From Girardia tigrina (lineage: Eukaryota), in NCBI GenBank assembly GCA_001938485.1, contig MQRK01245260.1, positions 54,705-112,632 on the forward strand: DNA of 57,928 nucleotides, written 5' to 3'. Both the position numbers and the translations under genes were made by a program. The notes under the pieces are model-generated. The model searched no databases. It worked only from the letters and a program-made list of their open reading frames with translations, and was not told the origin of the DNA. Every line of letters begins with the position of its first letter. Within the stretch, counting starts at the first letter, position 1. Of the stretch, positions 12,001 through 24,000 are shown piece after piece.

Positions 12001-15000
12001 GCTATCGAATAGATTTAAAGTATTTTGATTAAAATATATTGATTTAATTTTAAAATTGTTATTTACATTTCAAAATTATCCGAATAATTTGGGTGGGAGA
12101 AACACAATCCGAATAATAACATACCAAACACAATAAACACCATTCAAAAATATTCTTCACATCCTCTTTTGAAACATTTATATCATTTATAACTATTAAA
12201 TACTGACCTAGTTCATGCTGCATTTCCATACAAACTATTTTCAGATTGTGTCTATATTGAACAATTTATACATTCATATTTAAATGTTTTTTTTAATTTA
12301 AATCATATTTGATCAAATGATCACTTTATCAATATTTTATTGTTTAAATGTTGAATTAAAGTTAGTATTACCCAGATTAAAACATAATCCATAGTTGACA
12401 AACTCCAAATCCGGATAGGCGCCGTGGATTGAGTTTATGACATGGCTTAAAACACTTAATTTACAAAGATTTCTCACAATTAGTGTCACACCGTTTAATA
12501 GATGAACGTGGACAAGATACGGCAAAGGACCATTTCCAGAATTAAATAAAATTGAATTCTTTTTCTGAAAGAAATTAATTTATTTATATTATTATACAAC
12601 AACATTTTATTAATCTTCTGTCGACTTATATGTTTCTTAAGATTAATGGAGTAAAACAATCGAAAGTATATTAATGAAAGTTTAATACCAGTAGTCATAC
12701 TACTGCAAAACTAATAAACGATTTGAAGTCCATCCAGTGTTATTTGTAATTCTCTATGTCTAATAAGTGTAAAACACTATACAAAATCATCGAATCTCAT
12801 TCACATTGTTCCAGGGCCGGCCACCTATACAAAATACCAGTCGTCATACTATCTCAGAACTAATAAAGGATTTCAAGGCCCATAGACAAGTGATCTGTCG
12901 AAATTAATCAATTTTGGCAATAAAGTAAAGAACGCTATTGTAACAACAATATAAGTCACCTCCAGGGAAAACGATCTCAGAGCACTTCAGTTCTTTCAAA
13001 AGACCCGGAAGGACACATCTAATGAATGCATCAACATGTTGACAATGATATGAAGTCCATAAAAGATGGAGGACTGTATTGCTATCCCCAATGCTTGAGT
13101 GATACAGAGGTGTCTCAAGAATAATGTATTCAATAGAAGACATTAAAAAAAGAAAATGTTTGCTCATCTTATGCTAATTTTCTCCAAAATTAATCATCAT
13201 ACTTGCACATTGCTTGTTGTATTGAAAGTTTCATTTTTACGAATAATAAATTCCGGTCCCAATAAACGCTGAAAATAGCTTTGAAAATGTTAACTAATCT
13301 TTAAAAGTATTTACTCGTGTTCCATCCAACCTTTCAATATTTGCAACTTCAGTAAATGATGTTCTGGAAGGTTCCTTGGTTAAGATTTTTGGTTCAATTC
13401 TAAATTAAATAATTTTCATCAAAATACCTTTAAATTCAAAATTGATGAGAAGTTTATTTCAACGTCAAGAAAATCTAGGAAAGTATTACATCTGTAAAGA
13501 ATATTTTAAAAAGTTAAGAAACTTATAAAGATTGCTTAAATGTTTTGTTAGTCGCGTTTATGCCTTTTCGTTATCTGAAATTTCAGAATTCATATTAATC
13601 GCAAAAATTGATTTATGAAAATAAAACACCGGCTGATTAATATTTTAATTCTTACAATCTGAGACTAATTTATCCAAATTAAGATTTAATATTCAAATTT
13701 TTAATATATTATGATTGTAAATTTTAAATAATTTTATTTTTATATTTATAAATTATTAAATCAAATTAATATATTGTAATGATTAATAGTAATTTTATTT
13801 TAACCATGTGAGGAATGTTTTGAATTGTGTATTGATATTGTGCATGTAGAATGTTGATTCGGATTGTGCCTCTCCTGCACAGATGGATGATTGGTATTTT
13901 CTTTGATTCTTACTAATTAAAAATAATTTAATTTAATTTTAAAGTAAAAAGATTTAAAATAATTTTTGAATGTATTATTTATTTTTTAATGTAATTTAAA
14001 ATTTTAATATATTAATTTAATATGTTGTTTTTTTTAAAAAAAATGTTTAGATTTAATTTCAACCAATTAGATTCTTTATAATTAATAATTTTTATTAACA
14101 GATTTTCATTTATTGAAAATAATTAGTATGAACTCAGAAATAAATTGATCAAGAGAGATGCCAAACAGTGAATGCGCTTGTGATAATAATAAATGTTGCA
14201 AAACTCATATTGATGTTGTCAATAAACCAATAACATTTGTAGAAAATATTTTAAATAGAATATACAGCTTCAAGTTAGTTCAGATTTTGGAATGTCATAA
14301 AGATAATCCCAATTGTAATAGTAATAAATGTTGCAACAAATGTTTTACAAATAAAGTGATTCTTCTTTATATTACTTTCAACATAATCTTTGATGATTGA
14401 CTTATCAAACAAATTGTTCTTGAGTCACTGCAGATTTTGCTATTCGCTTTCTACGGTTTAGGAATGATGATGGATTCAATCTATTGTACGTGCCAAACTC
14501 AACAGTTTAAAATTTTCAGGGGTGTTACTTGATTATAATCAACTTTAACATAGTCGACCTGATCGGGGTGCATCTTTCAGATTCAAGTCCCAGAAAGAAA
14601 TTCAGAGAACTAGTTTTGACACTGTCAATGTGACTTTTTGTTACAATCGAAGAGTCACTACGATATACAAGACATATCTTTTTGTACAAAAATCAGTTCG
14701 ACTTATGAGGAATGTTGAAGGCCAAAGTTTTTTAGACAATTTGTGTACATTAATTGTTGGATTCCTCTTTAATTTTTAAAGTTGATTCTGAATCTTTTAT
14801 TTATTAGTTTTTGTCTTAACTTTAACCAATTGTATACTAATAGAAACTAAATAAAAATAAGTGGATCACATAATTAAAAAATTTTAATTTCCAAATTCAG
14901 TTTACTCCAAATAGAAAATCTGGATTTTTCAATATTTTAAATAAATATAATTTTAAGAAAATCATAAAAGTTTTACTTTTCCATGTCAAGAGATAATCTC

Positions 15001-18000
15001 AGATCAGATTGAACGGACGGCTTTACTAAAATCAAAAAGATGAGTTAATATATTTATTTATTTGTATAAGTTAACTAATATTAGAGAGTCATTTTATTTT
15101 TAAAAATTTGGTGTATAACTTAGGTTTTGGATTTTCCAAGAGATTATATAACTGTGTAATATTTTTTTTCCAAATTAATTTATAGATCTAAGGGCTCGTT
15201 CGTAAAATACACTACGTATAGGGGAGAGGTGGTCTGTGAAAGTGTGACATTTTGTGACAAGGGGGAGGGGAGTCTGAAAATTTGTTACGTCACAAAAAAT
15301 GATTAGATATAAATATAATATTGTAGTTTGTATATTTTTTGTTTTTGTGATTTGTGACGTGACACCTAGGCGGGGTTTTATGTAAGTGTGACACTTTGTG
15401 ACAAAGGGGGGTCAAAATCCAAATTTACGAGTTATGTATTTTACGAACGAGCCCTGATCATAACCTAAGATATATTTTTATGAAGACATGCATTATACTA
15501 AAAAATTATTTAACAAAATCATTTTGACATAGCTGAGAAAAAAAATTAATTTTTTCGAAGATACCAAGAATTGCTTAAAAGAATAAACGGATCATGTTAA
15601 AAGTACGCCCCTAAAATTACACAACTAAAAAGTACGCCCCTAAAATTACACAACTAAAAAATATGCCCCTAAAATTACACAACTAAAAAATATGCCCCCG
15701 TGTAATAAATACTATAAAAACACAATATAAAATTATGAAATTTATTCATCATTAAAATAATTTTTCAATAAATTCATCAATTTTTCAAAAGAATCTCCAG
15801 AAATGTTGTCTCGCCACATAAACTCATTAAGGTAATCCTGCAAAAATTCTTTTTTGACTCATTTCATTTTCTTGCACTGTGTTTTGTTTTTATTCCAATA
15901 AGATTCAACATTTTGTGTGTGATTCCCGGTTCTAGGCTCTACAAAATTAATCGAATGATTAACTGTATCATGATCATATCCTAGAGCATTTAAATTGGAA
16001 TATGTTATCGTGTCTTGTAAATCAGCATTCATTAGTCTTCTTATGATCGTTTCATACGTACTAGGTGACGTAATCCGAAAAATATTTATGAACATTAAAA
16101 TAAATAAGATGTATTTATAATGAGATATAATTACACAACTAAAAAGTACGCCCCTAAAATTACACAACTAAAAAATATGCCCCTGGGGGCATATTTTTAA
16201 CAAGATCCGAATAAACTAATATTTTCTTCAAAAATCAAAAGTTACAGAAAGAAATCATTTTTCTTACAAAAATGTTTAGTAGTATAACTAATGAAATGCC
16301 GTATTAAAGTTTTGAAGTTCATTTATAAAATGTAATATTACACTCATAGTTAAATAAATTTATTAAGTTGACTGATATGATTTCCAACATTTAAAGTATT
16401 ATAACAATGCGAATCATATCTAGGACAACTCTCAACAAAACTTTCATTAATCGACATCGAAGTACATTGATAATTAGAATGAATCACTTTATTTGAACAA
16501 AGGCTTCCATTGTACACAATTAAATTAATTTTAATGATTTCATTTCAAAACCTTTTAATTGACTGATTTAATAATTTCATCTTAAATTTTATTTGTAAAT
16601 TATTTTAAGAATTTTCATTGAAAAAACTTTGAATTAATTGGTTTAAAAAATTTAATTTAAACTTCTTACTTTACCAAAATTTATAATTTCCTTTAACCAG
16701 TTTCAATTTTTAAGAATCTTAAATTGAAATTTATTGTTATTTGTTATCATGCTTGGATTTATTCATTACGAAAATCCAAAATACTATTTTTTATCTGCAT
16801 GAGAGAAAACATTTCCAAATTCAACATACAAAATTTTAAATATTCCTCCCAAAATTAAATAATCGTAAAAGCGGGAACAAAATTTTTTATCACGTTAAAC
16901 ATGTCAAATTTCGAAACAGTAAACCAGCATTTTGGTTATGTATAACCTATTTTCTTAAATATTAAAAGCTGCGAAAGTTTTCGTGATATCCAAGAAATTT
17001 CTGGTGAAAATGTATTACCTCAAAAAACTTAAAAAAACTAGTTTAAATGATTCAAAAGTTGTAATTTTGCATTCAGTGACATTGAATTGAATAGGCAGAA
17101 TTATAAACTTAACTGACGGAAAACTCAGCTTAAGCAGAAACAGTACTTGTAAAACTGTTGAGTGTTACTCAATCAGTCATAAATGTTATCAGTCTTCGGA
17201 ACGACCAAAACATTCATGATAAAAACAAAGAATTTCTTTTCAAAATTTATTGGTATAACGATTGTTAACTTTAAATTTCTCACACCAAAATCTGAATATT
17301 CAAACTAAATCCACATTATTTGTTTTCTTTATTTTATTATAATTCATAGCTATTCTAGATGAATCATTTTATTTAGATTACCAACCATGTATAATATAAA
17401 TATTAATATGCATAAAAATAGTAAATTATTAAACTTAATTATTCTTATGAGGCAGTAATTAATTTAGTTCGCTGATCAAAATTTAATTGGTTTTAAAAAG
17501 TTGTTTTGAATTAAAATCAAACTGAAAATTTTAAAAATTAAATGATAATTAAATATTTTAACTTTGAATTTGAAAATATTCTGTATAAAATATTATTTTG
17601 AAATATTAGAATATTATTTGATATTTTGAAATATTATTTAGTATTATTTTTAAAATATTATTTTAGCAAAAATGAATGAATTAAAACAGAAAACAGATAG
17701 AACAGTATTTTAAAAAAAAATTATCATTAATTTGAATTTTATTAAAAATTTTAAAATCAATTAAGGATAAGATTAAAAATTAAATGTTTTAAACATAAAA
17801 CAATTGAATATTAAATATAAAGTATTTTCAAAAAAATTTAAAATACTAAAAATTTCAATTCAATTTACATGTTTTTTTATAAAAAAAATCAAAATTTAAA
17901 AAAACAGAATATAATATTTCATTTGAAAAACAAAGTTTTAAAAACAATATAAAAGGCTAAAATAAGCAACAAATTCAAAAAAAATAAATATTTCCATTAA

Positions 18001-21000
18001 AAACTAAATATGCGTAATTTATTAATTTTCATAAATAAAAAAAATTTAAAAATTAAATATTATTTTGATTGCAATTTGAGATAATTTAGAAATTATTTGG
18101 AAATAGAGATCGGCGGATTCATTATGAATTAAAGAAATAGTTGAAAAATTTGTTTGCAAATTGTTTTATAATAAATAAATTTTGGAGTTAAAAATGAATT
18201 CTGATATTGATGTTGCAACCACTTCTCACAATTATGATAAAATTTTCTCTACTAATTGATTTTTAACTATGAATTACATAATGACGGCACATTCACTAGC
18301 AGTACTTTATAAGTAATTTTCTTTTCAAACGTTCTGTGGTAAAACAGAAAAATACAAGTAGTAACGTTTATTTTTGAATTCAAAAATACCGCGATATTTT
18401 AAGCATATTAAAACAACTACAATTTACTGCATAACTCCACACGCCCTCCTGCTCTTAGGACACATAAGCAGATACTTGCTGAGCAGAAAAGAACTCTGTC
18501 ATCTTTGCATCCTAAAACACTCGAGCTCAAAAAATCATCCTATAGAATACATTGGATACCTCTGTGGAATGCTTCAACAGCATATTTGTTTTGGGAAACA
18601 AAGTTTTTATTTCATTTATTAATTTTCCGATAAAAATCCTCTACCATAACAAGTTTAATTTAATTTTTTATTTCCCAACAAAAGTCCCCAACAAAAAAAA
18701 ATATATTTTATTAATTAATCCCGACCAATTGAAATGTAGGCCCGAAATGATGGATGTTATAAATTTGCTTCAGACTACCGACAGGTTCTTGTTGCCGCAT
18801 CCTTCACACTCCACCATTCACTCCATAATCTTATACTCCTGTGGCTCCGTATTTACTTCGTCTTTGTGCACTCTACCCGATGCGTATTCTGCCACGCTGT
18901 TGTGATCCGATGGCACCTGGCCTTCCATCAAGTGTCACACCATAGGCTGTGAAATCTTGATCTACAAAGGATTTCGGCGCTGGTTGTCACTAATTAACGA
19001 CGACGGTGATTTTGACACCGCAGCTTTGTTTGTCTTCGGCCAGATTACACTATGTAGTGACTATGTCAACTGTATCAGACCCTTAAGAGAAGATATTGTT
19101 TTCACCTCTTCCAATTCCAAGTGCTTCAAAATATCTGCAGGAAGACCGGATAGGAAAGCTTGCAGAGCAAAACATTCTTATGGTTCTTCCACATGACACA
19201 CGATTTTCGAGAGCTACCGCAAAACTGTTGCAAAATCTTTACTTCATTCTCCTCTAAGAGGATTTGGATGGCCGACATCTTTTCAATGTTATAAATTGCC
19301 GCTGCAGATTCCAAATTTGAGGATCCAAGTCCAAAAGTCTTTGGTCTCATCAAACAGACTGACAGCGTCAGTGAATTTACTTCTGCTCATAACGATTAAT
19401 TCCGCGGAAGCTTGTGGAAAATCAGGAAAAAAAACAGTAATAATGCTTTTTTTGAATTAAAAACACCGCGAAATCTTAAGCGTATTAAAACAACTACCAA
19501 TTATCGTCACACTTCACACGTTCATTATCATTGGTTCTGATAATGATGGTTAAACTATTAAAAGTAATAAACAAAAAAATCAATGGGTTTATAAATTTTA
19601 TTTGATAATTCGCAAATCTCTAAAAAATCACAATATAAAACTGAAATGAAAATTTTCTAAAGCCTTTTCAAACTACATGACTCTAGAGTTCTGAGAGGAA
19701 AGTCTTATTGAAAACAAATGGTTTATCATCGGATAATGAATCATTTAAGCCATCAAGTTTCTTGGTGAAATTGTTTTACATCGAAGTTACATGTTTGGAG
19801 ATTTTGTTCCTCAAAATATCTTGATAAAAGTATGTAATATGCTTCAAACTTTGATTATCAAAAAGATTTTTTTTTTCCGTGATCGTTGATCCACTTCGTA
19901 AATTATTAACTATAAATATTATTTATTTATATATTATTCATCAATATAAAAATTTAAAATATAAATAAAGATGAAGTTTAATTGTTGTAAAATAATTAAT
20001 ATTTCAGATTGTTTATATACATTTTAATGTTTAAGCAAGTTAAAAAATACCTGGTCCAAGGTATTTTGGAGCTTTTCTTTGAGCTTTCGCCCGTTCCATT
20101 GCAGCTAGTATATCTAATTTATTTGAGCTGTTGAGTAGATTAATATTAACATTTTCCTTTCTACAATCTTGATGGGAACAGTTGCTATCACTCGTATTTG
20201 ATGAGAAAATCGAGGAATCGTTATGTTGGAGGTCTCCACTACACGTATAAAAAATACTCAACTAGGTGCCGTCAAAATAATTAATATATTCCGAAATATA
20301 TAAATTTCTTTATATAACATAATATTTATAATTCACTCAAGGTTTTACTCGAAATCCACAATTTAACCAAATAGATACACCATAGTTCAAATTGTCATAA
20401 CAGATTTCACAATAATTGCAGAATTATAAATATCGAAATTATGGTAAGAAATCTTCTCATCATTCATACTCGAAGAGCGGCTAAAATGACGGCGGTGCTC
20501 AAATGACCGCTAGCAGAATCTCAAATCCAGGCTGTGGTGCACCCTAATTTAATTCATTTTCCCTAACGGAATTGAGCTTCAAAGTTTAGCAGCTTTTTGT
20601 CAAATTTTATTTATTATTTTTATCCCCTAATACTGCTTTTACTTTTAATGGGGATTTAAATCAATTGGACCAACACAAAAAACAAATAGCAAAATTGACT
20701 TAATAAATAATAAATAATTTAATTCGTTGTGTGAAGGACTCATGTGAAAAGTTCATCCTTTAAATTTTTGAAAAAATATTTTTTTATAAACAATATTTGA
20801 AATAAGTAAATATTTAAAATCAAAAGTTTTCTAAACTTTTCTAAACTAAAATCAAAAGTTTTTCTAATAATGTAAAAAATATCGTAATTAATTTTAAAAA
20901 GTTATTTTCGAGAATAATCGAATTTTGTTTGTAGTGTAAAAAAACTTAAAATGAAATTAATTGGGAAATAATGGATTTTTAAATAATTGATTAAAAATAT

Positions 21001-24000
21001 ATATATAAATACAATGATAAAATAGGTTGTAATAATTTTAAAAGTTATTCTAAATAGTTTTGTAAAAAAAATAATTAAGACTTTTATCATTAACGTATCA
21101 TAAAAATAATAAAATTTGTAAATATTGAAAAAAATAAAACATTAAAATCTTTATTAATTAGAAATGTTTCAAAAAAAAGAGAAATAACATTAAACTAATT
21201 CTAAAATAATAAAATATCATTATGATTAATTTAGTAAAAAATATGACTACAAAATTTTGTTGGTTTTTAATTTAAAAATAAGGATGTAAATTTTCAAATA
21301 AATAGAATTAAATTTTTCAATTTTAAAATCACTTACCAGTTATTTATATTTATAATTTCATATTTTTATATAAGAATCTGGTCATAAAGAAAACGATAGA
21401 AAAGTTCCTCTACAAACATTTTTATTAAAAACAACAATTTTTATTACAACAAAAATTGTTAATTAAAAATTGTTTGAATAATTGTTAATTGTGTTATTAA
21501 TAAATTTTTGGTGTTATGAATTCTAATATTGATCAAGAACCCAACACGTTGTAAACACAAATTTTATTAAAATGTGTACCCCTTTATCGGGTAATTTAAA
21601 AATCATCAAACATTTGATCGAGTAAATTAATTTCCATCTAATATTGGTCTGTAATTTTATTCCTGTTCTAAATGTTATCTTTATTGTTAAAATGCCCGTT
21701 ATTGGCGACAATCTCGAATTACAAAGCAGACCTATACTTTTATACATGTGAATTTAGTTTTATAATTCTAATAGTATCTATGCAGATAACAATAACCACA
21801 ACTATTTAGACAAACATGGAAAAACTAAAGTCATATGTATAAAAATTATTAAGAACACCAATTTGACTTTTAATAATTTTATTAACATTACAAGTTTGAT
21901 TTTCCGCAGGACAATCTTTGTCAAAGCTTTCGTACAATTGCATTCTAAATAATTGGTTAATGACTTTAATCTTATTATATGAGCAAATGGAGAATTACAT
22001 AAATTATTAAAATATTAATTCAAAATTTTATTGGTTAAAATTTAAATGATTATTAATTATTTAAAAAATATTAATTTGATTTATTTATTTAATAATTGTA
22101 AATAAAATTAATTAACTTATTTAAAATTTTGCAATTATAATATATTAGAAATAAATTTAAACATTACATATTTTCAGATAATAAGAATTAAAATAGTAAT
22201 CATCCATGTGAGTAAGAGAGACATAATTCCAAATCAACACACAACATTCAAATACAAAACATTCAAACATTCAAAATATTCCTCACAAAAATGAAGACCT
22301 AAATTTTTGAATCTACTAGCGGTCACTTTGACCGCCGCCGTCCTTTTAGTGTTAAATTAATTATAATAATTTAATTATTCTTATTTCTAATAAAGTATTA
22401 ACACATTGTAACTCACATTAATTTATTGATAAATGAATTAAAACTATGCTGTTTTAAAATACTACTTCCAGCTACATTTTAATCATGATCTTTAATTCTC
22501 TCACCGAGATGATGAGAAGTCTTTCCAATCAAGGTATAAGTTCATCTACTACATGTACTTTTGTATAGTAGTTAAACTTTATGCTTGAGATATAATTTTT
22601 AAATTAACAAATTTTAGATTGAATTTTTACATTGTTTAAATTATTTGGAGTATAAACAATATGATTTAAAATTTGTGGTTCATCCATGGGGTACATACCA
22701 TTTTGGTACCACTGTTTTGGTCCTTGGTAAATTTTTTAAAAAAATTTTTAACTGTACTAAGTATGATCTGTTATGCCAAATAATTGTATAATTGCCGAAT
22801 TCGTGAATAAGGTAATTTTCGCATAATAAAAAAATTTTTAATTAATTTACGAAAAAATATGTATTTAAAATATTCAAATATGAAAAAATATAAATTAAAT
22901 ATGAAAAAAATCTTAATTTATTATGCAAATACTCCAAATGTAAAATTTTTATGCATAGTTATTTAAAATTCTTCTTTGGTGATAAGCAGAATCGCAAATG
23001 TGTATTGTTAAAACCTTGTTTTCATATTAAATTGATAATTTTTCATATTAAAAACCTATTTTTCATTAAAATTGATTTAAATTTATATTAAATTGATTTT
23101 TTAATATTAAAAACATATTTTTCATATTTGAATATTTTAAATATTATACAAATTCGGCATAACAGATCATACTTCCTACAGCTAAAAATTTTATAAATAA
23201 ATACACCAAGGACCGAAACGGTGGTACTAAAACGTTGGTACCAAGACGGCCTTCTCCATGTTTTTCAGTTGGTTCCATAATTATTTTTTTGTTTATTTCT
23301 GATCAGTTGATCTACATTACTCCAATTTTATTATATCTGCATGATAATTACAAGGACAAAAAATTCAACCCCATGTCATATTAGGTTGAAGGAAAAGAAA
23401 TCAATTATTTTACTATAATTTCAAAACTTTGTTTAACATTGTTTATGTAACATATGCACTAATGTGAACTTCAAATGCCTTTCTTATAGAAGATCTTGAC
23501 CTTACTGACGTAATGAAATCTTTTGTTGAAACATATTTCTTTATAATAAAGTATTAAAATGATAAAAAAAACAAATAATAAAATATCTCAATCAACAACA
23601 CAACCTTTGTTTACAAATTCTGACTTCTTTTAGTCAATGGCTTGGTCGAATTGCTGACAATAGAGGTTTGATTTTAGTATTTGACAATGAGCAAGCATCT
23701 TATGATTGATGATTTCTTTTCAGTGATACTGATTACACAAATGAACTTTCTAGCTACTTAGTTCTGGTTTCACCACCACTTGAGTAGCTTCAAAACGGTT
23801 TATGCAGACATTCGAAAGCAGTTTGGGATGGATCTTTATCTCCGATTGTCGTGTGACAAATTTTGATAATGAACAAAAATATAATTTATTTTAATTTGCA
23901 TGAAAGTTGAATGGATTTTACAGACCAGAAGAAAGTAACAAATGAAAACTTTGTAAAGCTGATGTATTGCGGGTATTTTATCTTCTTCTAATTTTACATT

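Larger units (their letters stand above)
20479..22351. mobile_element. piggyBac-like non-autonomous element hosting two solo LTRs
   Basis: Imperfect ~45-bp TIRs (CTAAAA(T/G)GACGGCGG..TCAAA.TGACCGCTAG.AGA); TTAA at the right end only. Confidence 0.55.

Noticed and set aside
15599-15698. CRISPR-like 29-bp repeats
   Set aside because: No spacers, eukaryotic context, and part of a Merlin element.
4421-22287. Repeated motif units read as a tandem small-RNA or peptide gene cluster with a shared promoter
   Set aside because: Sharp TG starts, short inverted ends and distinct 5-bp TSDs show they are independent insertions.
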